From the NCBI RefSeq assembly GCF_006345805.1, contig NW_021833467.1:1-38924 (forward strand): a stretch of DNA of 38,924 nt. The letters run 5' to 3'. Positions 25,244 to 38,112 of the stretch are shown here, in pieces. Each line of letters opens with the position of its first letter. Within the stretch, counting starts at the first letter, position 1. This DNA comes from Octopus sinensis. Its lineage: Eukaryota. The position numbers and the translations under genes were made by a program. The notes beneath the pieces were generated by a model, which was not told where the DNA came from, searched no databases, and saw only the letters and a program-made list of their open reading frames with translations.

Positions 25244-25974
25244 TCGTACATATGACACTGTAAATGAGTGTGAATATTAGCAGAATTGCATTTATGAGCA
25301 TGTGTTAAGTGAAAGGTGGTATAAAATACTTAGTTCAATTCAAAAGTTACTTTGCATTATGCACTCACAATTACCACTACCACCACTACCACCGTCTCTC
25401 ACTCCCCCTTTCTCTCATTTTCTCAGTTTATCTACCTATCTCTCTATCTACCTATCTGCCTTATTTTAATCTCACCATCAGCACATCACCGTTCTACTAA
25501 AATTATATTCGTAACCCTCCTCAATATCACGACCTTCATCTAACATTTTCTTCACGTAATAAATATTACGTTCCCCCTACCACAATGTTCTCTCCCTCTT
25601 TTTCTCCCTTGGTTTTTTCTCTCTCCCTCTCTTTCTGCCCCACTCTTCGACTTACTATCGTTTTCTCATTCCTTTTTCTTTCTCTTGGTCTCTCATTCTA
25701 TTTAACTAATCACGTGAAAGCATTACAGTCACGTTCCTTCTACCTCAGGTCATGGACATTTCTCTTTCGCTCTTTTTCGTTCTCCCTCTTTTTCTCTAAT
25801 CACGAGAAAGCTTTACCGACGGACTAATTAACATAATGACAAGCAGAATGATTATAAGATCAGAAATATTATATTTAAGTTTTCTTCATGACAGACTCCT
25901 TCGTTTCCTCCTTATTTTTTACATCATTCTTTTCTTCAGCTCCTACATTTTCTGCCACTTCTCTTATTGTTGTT

Positions 25975-26059
25975 TTAACGTTGTTACCGTTGTTGTTGCT
26001 CATCATCGTTATCATCATAATCAACATCATCATCTTCTTCTTCTTCTTCTTCTTTTTCT

Positions 26060-26091
<32 letters not shown>

Positions 26092-26145
26092 TACTACTGC
26101 TACTACTACTACTACCACAACTACTGCTGCTGCTGCTGCTTCATC
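25975..26145. repeat. Compound trinucleotide array (GTT/CAT/CTT/CTA/CTG)n (copy ~36182-36355)
   Basis: Seen directly. Confidence 0.9.
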
Positions 26146-26428
26146 GTTGTTTCCTTTTTCGGCCTATTCTTCATCATCAACTTTCTCTTATGTTAGTCAT
26201 CTTCTTCATAATAAGATCTCGATATGTCATCCAATGTCATTTCCACAAACTAAATGTCTCTCTTATCTTCTTTATTTACCCTCATCCTTCTACAATTCAT
26301 ATTGTCTTGCAATTTGTGTTTGCCTGTGTGTAAGAAAGTGGGAATATATGTGAGGGCTGGAAGTGAGTGTGTGCGTTCATACATCAGGGTTTGATAAGGT
26401 ATATATAGGTGGATGTGTGTATGTACAC

Positions 26429-26481
<53 letters not shown>

Positions 26482-27298
26482 AATGAACGCAATGAATATC
26501 TGATTCATAATATTTGTTCTCATGATTGTGTGGTGTTTGTAGCGATGATAATTCTCCCTATGACTGCCGACAGATACATCAAAGAAAGCCGTCTGACGAC
26601 CTTATAAAGGGAAAGTGAAAGGGAGTTGAGGGGAATACATTAAATAACGGGAGTGGACATTGTCAACGTTATGAATGAAGGGGAGTAAGAGAGGGAAAGG
26701 AGGAAATAACGTGAGTGAGGATGATGGCCCCTAGCAACCACACCTTTTAAGATAGGGATTTCTAAGGTAGCCCACGAGCATCGTCACCTCATTCTACATG
26801 TCCCTTTAAACTTTGGAGCGAATAGGACGGGTCGTAGTGGCATTGAAAGCAACCCAAGGGGTAAAAACGCATTTCAGTTTTATATATAGAGAAGATATAT
26901 ATAAATGAATCAAATAAACGTCCAAGGCTGTGAAAGATTTCAGAACATTTATAGAGAGGTCTTCCAGCTGTTCCAGGGATATTTTATATATCCTTTCATC
27001 GAAGACGGTGTGAGAAAATGGTTAAGCAATAGTTATTCTAGAATACCTATTGCTTAACCATCTTCTCGCACCGTCTCCGATGAAGAGATACATAAATATC
27101 CCGGAAACAGCTGTAACGTCTTCTCTTTAGAAATGTTCTTAAATCTTCTTAGCCTTGCATCTTTATTTCCTTCTGTTAATTTTATACATATAGATGTTAA
27201 AATATGACCAACGTTGGACTCCTCATTTGCATGTCCATAGCACTTACTCAGCTTTCACTCACACATTTGGTTCTCCTTGACAACATTACATCTCATAT

Positions 27299-27343
<45 letters not shown>

Positions 27344-27794
27344 ATAGTAGTAGTTGTAGTAACAGAAAAGAGGAATTTCGATTACCCCCACGTGGTGAGG
27401 TGTCATGTATATAAGAAATTAAAAAAGGAAAATACGCACACTTACATAGTTTTAATATAATTTTTAATATATTGACCGGTTTCGATATCGCTATTCATGA
27501 TATTATATTTTACTTATTTGAATATATATTTTTTCTTAGAAAGAAATTTTGTCCATGTTGTGTTTGATGAAATTCAGGAGTGAATGACTTCACAAGTGGA
27601 TAAATAAAGGGCGGTTATTGGTTGTCGTTATTCATGTTATTGTTGTGGGTAAGGGAGATAACGGTTCAGCTTTCGGTAATGGGTGCGGATTATATAGGAG
27701 TACAGACAGACAAGTTTCAAAAACCTTGTTTAGTAGGGGATTTATGTACAGTGATGTAATCGTGAATTGAAATATATAAAAAGATAACAGTTGG

Positions 27795-28347
27795 TTATGC
27801 CTGGATATTAAGGCGTTTTCTTGTATTTTCAATGAAAAAAGTTTCTTTATTTAAACGCTCTAGTTGAGAGATTGCGTCTTTGCACTGGTAAAAAGGGAAG
27901 AGTGTGAAATTTGGTTTGATGTTACCTGCACATGTTTCTATATGTTCACTGAAAGAAATTTGTCTGTATTCCGGGAAACGGATTTGCCCTTTATTTAGAG
28001 TGGTTCTCTTTCTCAAGGTCATACTCGTTTGTCCAATATAGTGGTGTCCTCAACCCGAGCAGGTTATTACATGAATTTGGTTTTCAGATGCACAAGTGAA
28101 ACTAGTTTTAATTTGAACCTCTGTCCTTGTTTGAAAAGTAAGTCCGAGCCTTCAAGCAGGTTGGGGCAGGTTCCACAGTTTGGGCGTCCATATTTTTCAA
28201 CCATTGGTTTTTTGGTTGCTTTGTAAAGCTTCGCGTTTGTTAGTAGTCTGGATCCCATCAGACACATCGATAAAGTTGTGTTGTGACTAAAGATTTTGAG
28301 TGTCATCTGACATGTAGTTATGCTGCCATCTAGTTGGGGAACGAATA
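27795..28347 (-). pseudogene. Penelope-like GIY-YIG domain, duplicate copy
   Basis: Same as 17628-18180. Confidence 0.85.
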
Positions 28348-30109
28348 AAATACAAATAAGACTGCAGAGATGCAAAAGATTCAAATATGAACGAGGAAGT
28401 CTTGCGTTCCTCTTTAGATAAAGTGACCTAATGAGCTTTCGCTTTCAAAACTGCTTAGAGGGAAAAGAAAGTAGTAGAAGAGAAAGAAGAAAGAAAATAG
28501 GGAGAAGAGGAAAACGAATACTCAGTCAAAAATAAATGTAATTATTGGAGATCTTATTCCTTGTCTCTCTGCAGTGGAGATCTTATTCCTTGTCTCTCTG
28601 CAGTGGAGATCTTATTCCTTGTCAGCCGTGCAAACCTCTGTTCCTCACTTTGAGATGTTCTGTTTTTTTCGTAGTGCACAGTCTGTCCGTTTCTTGGTAT
28701 GCTTCCCTTTCTGCAGCTGTCTCTCTTTCTCTAGACAGAGACATTCTTTTGGCTTTATCTTGACATTGTAGACAGATTTGACACCTTCCTTCTAGGCATG
28801 GTTATACAGAAATACACGAGCGCAGAAGATAGTAAACAATGAAAATAACTGGGTAACGAAAATTATATTTCTTAATACGACAAGCAGAACATTAACAAGA
28901 TAGTTTTACGGACAATAAAGAATTGTACGTGTTGAAGCGAAATTTGTTACTAACTGAACCAAAGTGCCAGTATCGAAGGAACCAGAAATAAGCCATTAAC
29001 AACACATAAGCAAAAAACCGGCGCAAAAGTAAATAAGAAATTTTTAGGGAAATTAACTATGTGCGCGGGTTTAAGTGAAATGTTTGAAGTTACTCCTGTC
29101 AGTAAATTATGAACTTACATTTATCAGTAATTCCTTCAACAACAACAAAAAGAAAACACAAAACGTTGCAAAAGTAAATAAGAAATTTACCGAAGTGTAC
29201 GGATTGAAGTGGAATTTATGAAGTTACAGCCCCCGGGAACATCTGCAGAGAAATAGAAAGATTCCAGCATCTCACCTCAACCTTTTCTTACCAACTGTCT
29301 TTAATGCCTGCATCAGCGATCCCTTTCTGCTCGTTGGTAAGGGTTGCAATGCGTGGGTGGTTCTTGTCATCTTTCTGCTCAACCCGTTACATTCCAATTG
29401 GTACAAGCAAGCTAATATTAATGCAGCTAGTGCCATTTTCAATAAACACAGAATTTATGGAGTGTAGAGTCTGCATTCAGCCCTCGGTGAGCATAATCTT
29501 CCATCATAGAATTCTTGTCAGTATTCCACAGGCGAAGAACATTGGAAGGATTTGAATAGGTGCAGAGGACAGCAAACGTAATACGCAACTGAAATGGCAT
29601 CCGATACGCAGCAGCTTCAAGTATAGTATGCTCCAAACTCTCATCATTTTGGAGAAGACCAACTCATATGTACGCATCTTTAAATGTTGCATAGATTTCA
29701 CCTCCTACACTGCTCACTTCTCAAAGCGCTTAGCACCTGGAACATCCAAAATACCAATTTTGAATAAATTTTTTTTACGTCCTTAAGGTTTTCAGGGTGC
29801 AGTTATTTCATTGAAAGGGGTAAAATTGTAGCGCCTTATATAAACCGTTCTTTTGAAACGTATTTCACACTTTCGTAATTGTACATTTTCACTCCTGGCA
29901 CCTCCAATCTCTTGTTGTTCAATTAAGTGCATGTTCCCATATAACTCAGCCTAAGGATTTACTTGTTGCACATGACATCCATTCTTTGAGAAGAGCTTTG
30001 GGAGTTCTGACTTGCTTCCACTCTGCGATGCATTAATAATATACAACTGACTGTACTGCAGGTGACCATTGACAGTTCGTAGTGTTGTGCGAAGTTTGGC
30101 CCTGAATAC

Positions 30110-33100
30110 GTTCTATATCCTGGTATTGGATATATAATTTAACGAAGCTGTTTACACGACGCAATACGATTACTATTACATGAGACTCGACGCTCTCTGC
30201 CAACGGATCATAGGGAAATGCTTACCAATCAATTGTTCACAATCAATTGCTTACGACTAGACAGTTCTCCATGTAATGGAAATGTGTCAGACCACTTTTA
30301 GTCACTTGTAATGTTGTCAGAATCTTTCCACAGCATATCCCCTTTATAGAATTAGTCTCCCCTAAATTCTCCACTTGAGAATTAAAGTCACTCAGAGTTT
30401 TAATATCTCTTATGCTTAGGGCTCAATTCTTGTTTCCGTTCTTTTCGTTTTCAGGTGCTAGAACGTGTAATTGCAAATTGTTTCTGTGCTGGTACCTCAA
30501 ACGTGTCGTGCAATACTTTCATGAGAAATTCACTTCTTTTGTCTGATTTTTCCTTGAATCAGGTTTTAAGTTGGTTAATAAGTCTTTTATGTTCGATAAT
30601 TGTTTTTACCTTTTACCAGGAATATCATTCTTGCAATTTATATAACAATTGTACCATCCTCCCAGCCTTGTTTAATATATGTATAGTTCTTTAATAAAGT
30701 TTGTCAGCTAACTTGAAGAATTTTGAAATATTATTCCTTTTTTTTTTATTTTCACTCGGTATCGGCTGATCAAAGATGGATCTGATTATTCTAACAAACA
30801 TCAAATATCTTTGTAACCAGAGATGTTTGCTTTCTACATTTATGCACTTCAGACCGTGTTGAAAAACATTCCCCAACAACGAAGTGACATGAAACCTTAA
30901 GTGGTTTTGGCCACGGGTGCCATTTTGTGACGGGTGTATTATGAGCTATCACTATATCTTCAATGTTACAGTCCGTTGTTGGCCAGTATACCTAACTTCT
31001 CATTAACGATTTCATTATTGAAATCCCTTTGACTCAATATGAAATTCCTTTAGTAATTGCTTTTGTAGTGTGGCTGGCACTACGACTCTTTGTGCATACA
31101 TCAGCACATTGTCACACCTTGTGATAGGCTCGAATATCTTTTATCTCTTTTACCCTTTTGCATTTCTTTCATTTTTTAATGAATATATCGTTTCCCAATT
31201 GTAATTTTATATCTTGTAAGGTAAATAGCAGTTCACGCATGGAGTTATACCGTTTGCTTTTAATTTCATTTTCTATTCGCAAAGTAGCAATCACGGTATC
31301 TTCAAATGGTTCAGCATTTTCTGAAATCGGTCTTGATAAACAATTACCGTGTCCTAATTATTTAGATGGTATATACTCTATCTTAAATTCATAGTTTAAT
31401 GATACAGTACCCCAGCGTTGCAGCCTATTAGCAGTACGGCTAGATCTTTATTTCTTTTACTCTTGTACTGATAATAACGGACGATGATCTGTCTGTATTC
31501 AAAAACTTCTGCCGTGTAAAAATCTATGCAATTTTTTACGGCAAAAATAATTACAAGAGCCTCTTTTTTGATTTGGCTGTAATATTTTCTGCTGATATCA
31601 AGAACCACCGCCTTCATGTTACCATCTTTTTATTTATGTAGCATTACTGCGCCGATACAGTATTCAGAGGCATCTGAAGTTACAACATTCTCCGCTACAG
31701 AATCGAAGCGTGCTAACAACAAATCAGATGTTAATATTTTAAAATTTCGTCGAATTCCCTTTGACAATTTTCAGAGCAATTTCAATTTACCTTTTTTAAA
31801 TACATAATCTACAGTAACACTTACCCTATGCATATTTAGAATATGATTTTGGTCATAATTTGCTTGTCTCCAAAGCAATCATGTAAGGTCGTCATATTTG
31901 TCGGAGGGGGCATGTATTTAATTGCGTCTGCCTTCAACGGATCTGGTCCTCGTCCATTTCTTTCAATTTTATTTTCGGTAATAAAAAAATTCACGCTTTC
32001 TTTTTCAATATAATCCCTAATTTTTTCGAACATATATATTACTTGCTCTACATGGTGATCCCGTGATTCGCATTTAATGAGTATATCATCCAGATATGGA
32101 AATGCAAATTTACTATCGCTAACACTGCATCCATAAGCTGTTGAAAAATCGGTGTGACATTAAAGACATATAATAACCTGTTGTATATATATATATATAT
32201 ATGCGTTAAGTTTTAGGTATTTATAGCATTCATCGTCTACGCTAATATGTAGGTACGCGTCGGAGACATCCAATTAAGAAAATACCTTGTGGAAAGTTTT
32301 AAGACACTCATTTAAACCAGTGGAAAAAATCAGCATACACTCTGATTTTGTTTATTTGTTTCTAACGCTGCAAAAGCTTATCTGTTCCAACGATGCAAAA
32401 GTTACAGTTTGTTTATATTTAAATACCGGTTTGGCATTTACTTTTACTTGGAACTTCGTTTTCGTTGTGATGCTGAGATCTAATTTATCAGAAAGAACTT
32501 CAAGAAAAATCTTTTAAAATTATTTCTACAAATCGTCTGACGATTCATTTGTATTGGCAAGAAAATCATTCACATTTTTACTGAAAAGATTTATGGGGAG
32601 TTCCCATAAGTTAAACAATTCTATTCAGTGTTCCGAATAAATTTGTGATATCTTTGGTTTTTAAGGTTTTCCTACGAAATGGGACGTGATTTATCATTAC
32701 ACCATTAAAATGTAATTATTTTCCTGAAACACCACCTACAATTTTCGAAATGTCTTTTAATCTAGGAATTCTGTTTTTTTCTATGTATCTGTGTTAATTA
32801 TCGAGATATAACTGCCTTTATCTAGTTGCAACTTTACGTCCACAAATTTCCTTTGAGGCTGTTCGTTTTTTGGTCACCGATAACCTGTTTTCGTGTTTTC
32901 TTTCTGTTGAAATGTTTTCCAGGTTTTTTCTACAGTGTGATTGTTTATGATCTCTCTTGCCACATTTGACTCCTTTTATATTTTTAAACGGGCAATTACT
33001 TTTAAAATGTTGACCACCGCACCCATAAGATTAATTCGATCTTGACATTTTTTCTCTTATTTCTTATCCGTGACGCTGGAGACACTGGAATATGAGAGCA

Positions 33101-34337
33101 ATCTCTTTCTTCAATTTCGGGCGTCGCTTTCTTCATTTTTTTCTGCGTTGTCTTTCCTGACATTCTTCTGCTTCTGTCTGTAGAGTTACTTTTTGTCCAG
33201 TTCTAATTTTGTTGACATCCGTGAACATATATCTCCATCTTTGCTTGCAGTTAGGCCTTAAACCAAAAATATAAAATTGAACATCATCTTAATTCATATA
33301 ATTTGAATTATTTACACTTTCCGTTAACAGCCTCGGCACAGGTGACGAAATCTTCATGTTTTTGGACAAAATATAAAAACTGTCCTCAAGTATTTAGCAG
33401 AGAACTTCTTTCACTGAAACGTTTAGATAAAATTTCGTATTTCGGATTTTAAACGGGCAGTTACTTTTAAAATGTAGACCACAACATGGACTCCTTCTTG
33501 ACATTTTTTGTCTTATATCTGGTCCGTTACGGTGGAGACACTGGAATATGAGAGCAATCTTTTTCTTCATTTTTTTCTGCGTCGAGTCCCCTGGCATTCT
33601 TCTGCTTCTGTCTGAAGAGTTAATTTTCGTCCAGTTCTAAATCAATTGATAAAATGTTAATAGTTTTTATTGTAACAAATCTCACCTGACTTCATGGGCA
33701 GAATATAATTACTACATTGTTTGTATTTGGCAAGGGATACCTGTCTTACAAAGTAGTCGTACTATTTTTCCTCTCAGATCAATTTTTAAATTCTTCTTTG
33801 AGAATTTCTTCGTATCTTCGAAATTATGCAGAGAAGGTAATCCCATCTTCTGGATTATAACTGAATACTTCAATAGAGATTGCTACGCTGTCTGGCAAGT
33901 TCACACTTGAAGTATTTTTTAGACTTCTTTAACATTAATTCCAGCAACTATTGGTTTCGTTGTTGTTGCTGTTGTAGTTGCTCTTGTTGTTGTTACAATT
34001 GTTGCTGTTGCAACTGCACCACAGACGCCAATAAGCCTTCTATCTTAAACGATTTTTCTTTGGTTTCATACCCATCCCAAACAAATTTAAACATCCAACG
34101 CAAACTTCGAAGAACTCTTCGCCACTTTTATACCCTGGTTTGGAACATATGATTTTAGTAATCAGGGGGAAAGAAAGTGTTTACACGATGCGACACGATT
34201 ACCCAACGCTCTCTGTCAATGGCTCACAGTGAACTATTTACCAATTAATTGATGAAGACTCGACAGTTGTCTATTTAATAGGAATATGTCAGTACCCTTC
34301 TAGTCAATTGGAAGGTGGTTGGAATCCTTCCACAACA
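30110..34337 (-). mobile_element. Gypsy LTR retrotransposon, duplicate copy
   Basis: LTRs at 30110-30335 and 34125-34337. TSD ATAC at 30106-30109 and 34338-34341. Confidence 0.9.
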
Positions 34338-35367
34338 ATACAGAAACAATGTAGACCTCTTCCTTGCGGCACAGAGAGTGTCACACCAAATGACGTAAAG
34401 GAAGACATGCAGTTGTAATTGCTGATGTTTTTTTCGAAATGAAGCAGACTCTTGGTAATTTTTTTCAGACAAACGCTTCAATGTCTGAAAGTTTAGTTGC
34501 AGTGGAGAAAAATTCACTTTATTATTGTGACAGAACAATGAAGTTTACATATTTAAAGTTCAGTGCTCCACAATACTCGCAATATAAGTACATATCACCA
34601 ATACGATAGGTTCGTTTAGGATTATTGTGTCTGTTCAGTGGTAGTCCATGTCTTCCTTCACGCTTTCGTTGCACCAGTTCATCTCGCAAACGTAACGCCT
34701 GTTCAGCATTCATACTTGCAACTCCATCTTGATGTCTCTCTGTTTGATCTTGGAGACAAGCAGCCCTTTCCAAATCATCCATATTCTCCCTTCTCTGTTA
34801 CATAACATTTTTCTGTTGGTCCTGATACTGCGCACGCTGCATATCATTCATGTTTTCCATTCTCCGCAGAAATATCAATCTTTGTTGTTCCTCGTACTGT
34901 GTTTGTTCTTCCTCATCCTGTCTTCTACTTTGGTCTCGCATTCTCTCTCATTACAAATGTGCCTTGCGTTGCTGTTCATCTATTGCAGATTGGCTCATCT
35001 GTTGGTACCATTTGTCCCTTTCTCTGGTTTCTTACCGCTGTTCTTCTCTTATACGCTGCCTGTAGTGCATAACCCTCTCGCTAGTAGCTTCTAATCTTCT
35101 TTAACTTTCCATTGTTCAGTCACGTTTTGTAATTTGCTTATTTCATAAGCACAGCTTTGGAAAAAGGATCAAATAACCTTAAATTGCGAATTTCTATCTC
35201 CCCCATAGCGGAAGCACTACCAACGGCGGCATGTATGAGAAGCAGTAACAACATTAATCGGGGTCTTGTAGAGATGGAATTTACTGTGTCCACCTTTATT
35301 TTAATTGAAATATATATATTTTAATTATAGTGTATTTTTTCTTAACTGTAATATATATATATATATA

Positions 35368-35449
<82 letters not shown>

Positions 35450-36266
35450 TCGTACATATGACACTGTAAATGAGTGTGAATATTTAGCAGAATTGCATTT
35501 ATGAGCATGTGTTAAGTGAAAGGTGGTATAAAATACTTAGTTCAATTCAAAAGTTACTTTGCATTATGCACTCACAATTACCACTACCACCACTACCACC
35601 GTCTCTCACTCCCCCTTTCTCTCATTTTCTCAGTTTATCTACCTATCTCTCTATCTACCTATCTGCCTTATTTTAATCTCACCATCAGCACATCACCGTT
35701 CTACTAAAATTATATTCGTAACCCTCCTCAATATCACGACCTTCATCTAACATTTTCTTCACGTAATAAATATTACGTTCCCCCTACCACAATGTTCTCT
35801 CCCTCTTTTTCTCCCTCGGTTTTTTCTCTCTCCCTCTCTTTCTGCCCCACTCTTCGACTTACTATCGTTTTCTCATTCCTTTTTCTTTCTCTTGGTCTCT
35901 CATTCTATTTAACTAATCACGTGAAAGCATTACAGTCACGTTCCTTCTACCTCAGGTCATGGACATTTCCCTTTCGCTCTTTTTCGTTCTCCCTCTTTTT
36001 CTCTAATCACGAGAAAGCTTTACCGACGGACTAATTAACATAATGACAAGCAGAATGATTATAAGATCAGAAATATTATATTTAAGTTTTCTTCATGACA
36101 GACTCCTTCTTTTCCTCCTTATTTTTTACATCATTCTTTTCTTCAGCTCCTACATTTTCTGCCACTTCTCTTATTGTTGTTTTAACGTTGTTACCGTTGT
36201 TGTTGCTCATCATCGTTATCATCATAATCAACATCATCATCTTCTTCTTCTTCTTCTTCTTTTTCT

Positions 36267-36298
<32 letters not shown>

Positions 36299-36661
36299 TT
36301 CTACTACTGCTACTACTACTACTACCACAACTACTGCTGCTGCTGCTGCTTCATCGTTGTTTCCTTTTTCGGCCTATTCTTCATCATCAACTTTCTCTTA
36401 TGTTAGTCATCTTCTTCATAATAAGATCACGATATGTCATCCAATGTCATTTCCACAAACTAAATGTCTCTCTTATCTTCTTTATTTACCCTCATCCTTC
36501 TACAATTCATATTGTCTTGCAATTTGTGTTTGCCTGTGTGTAAGAAAGTGGGAATATATGTGAGGGCTGGAAGTGAGTGTGTGCGTTCATACATCAGGGT
36601 TTGATAAGGTATATATAGGTGGATGTGTGTATGTACACACACGCACACACATACAGATACA

Positions 36662-36708
<47 letters not shown>

Positions 36709-37620
36709 CTCGCTCTGATACTGAGTTGAGTTGATGCCTTCTAGTATCTCAAAATTCAATATATAATCATTTATGATTATAGTATTCTACGCTGAAGAGA
36801 ATCTACGTTATCTACGTCCGTAGATAACTTAAAATTGTATGATAGATTGCCGTCAATTCATTCTCTCTTACCTGTTTGTGTCTGCCTTCCAATTGCTGTT
36901 TTTACTGAGATCTCCCTTTTTAGTAGAAGAAATAGCTATAACTCTTTGACTGCTATTTCTAAATTCAGTATGTGGTAAGGCAATTCGTTGCTAAACCCTT
37001 TATTGCTTAGTATTACTTAAATTTTCCTCGAATGAGGCTTTTACATGCCGAAGACTACATGGTGTAATTGATAATTATTCCAAATTAATTAATTTCACCC
37101 CTCATTATTACGGATAACCATATTTTATCTCAGTAGATAACCACAGCATCTTGTTTTGGCTACACGCGGGTGGGAAGGGGCTGGTGACACAATCTTTTCA
37201 TTCAAACATTGAGTTTGGTGATACTAGTTGCGGATTCTAGCTCGCTCTGATACTGAGTTGAGTTGGTGCCTTCTAGTATCTCAAAATTCAATATATAATC
37301 ATTTATGATTATAGTATTCTACGCTGAAGAGAAAGGAAGTTTTGGTGAGATAGAATTATTTAATATTTAATATTTAATATTTAATTCTTATGCTTTCCTA
37401 AAAACTTGATTTCGAAACGTACGTCCGTAGATAACTTAAAATTGTATGATAGATTGCCGTCAATTCATTCTCTCTTACCTGTTTGTGTCTGCCTTCCAAT
37501 TGCTGTTTTTACTGAGATCTCCCTTTTTAGTAGAAGAAATAGCTATAACTCTTTGACTGCTATTTCTAAATTCGGTATGTGGTAAGGCAATTCGTTGCTA
37601 AACCCTTTATTGCTTAGTAT
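36709..37620 (+). mobile_element. Retrozyme-like / PLE pLTR direct-repeat element
   Basis: Direct repeats at 36709-37013 and 37241-37620 around a 227-bp spacer, flanked by (TA)n on both sides. Non-coding, with an HHR in the repeat. Confidence 0.7.
37318..37431 (+). ncRNA. Intact type-I hammerhead ribozyme with long stem II
   Basis: tctacg-CTGAAGA-gaaa...83 nt hairpin...tttc-GAAA-cgtacg-TC-cgtaga. GUC triplet, predicted cleavage after 37425. Confidence 0.85.
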
Positions 37621-37633
37621 ATATATATATATA

Positions 37634-38112
37634 TATTCTTGTATTTAGGAATGGTCATTTTGTCAGTTTAGCCAATAAAAACTCACGCACTATATATTTG
37701 GTGTTACTTTGATTCAGCTTTATTTATTTTTGACATTAATCTTAATCTTCTTTCGAACGTATATAAACAGGAGATACAAATATTACAGGCACTCCCTCCC
37801 ACATACACACACACTTTAACTAAATATAGACACATATAGAGGTATACACAGGCGCAAGTAAAGACACATACAATAGAAATACAAAATACAAAATGGCTGA
37901 CCGTTAGTAAGAAGAGACACACAAATATAAATGAAGAAAGCAATGAACCACTGACGAAGTCACAGGAGCGTGACGAAAGATCTCTGGCCGAAATAAGAGT
38001 AAGATTGATGTGAAAAATAAATAACGCTGAAGCAAAGTAACACCAAATATATAGTGCGTGTGTTTTTTATTGGCTAAACTGGCAATATGACCATTCCGAA
38101 ATACAACAAATA
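37634..38112. repeat. Fold-back element: ~120-bp imperfect inverted arms with a ~230-bp spacer
   Basis: 37634-37757 vs reverse complement of 37988-38112, e.g. gcactatatatttggtgttactttg / caaagtaacaccaaatatatagtgc. Confidence 0.9.
37948..37987 (+). ncRNA. Minimal type-I hammerhead ribozyme
   Basis: cca-CTGACGA-a-gtcac-aggagc-gtgac-GAAA-gatc-TC-tgg, with palindromic AGATCT in stem III. Confidence 0.8.

Larger units (their letters stand above)
16286..26470. repeat. Tandem duplication unit 1 (~10.2 kb)
   Basis: Colinear with unit 2 at an offset of 10157-10210. The ORF track repeats, e.g. 17900..18217 vs 28067..28384. Confidence 0.97.
26471..36700. repeat. Tandem duplication unit 2 (~10.2 kb)
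   Basis: Near-identical to unit 1, with scattered SNPs and small indels. Confidence 0.97.

Noticed and set aside
25836-26333. 165-aa ORF with poly-H/poly-L (and its copy at 36043-36543)
   Set aside because: Open only because of trinucleotide microsatellites; no domain.
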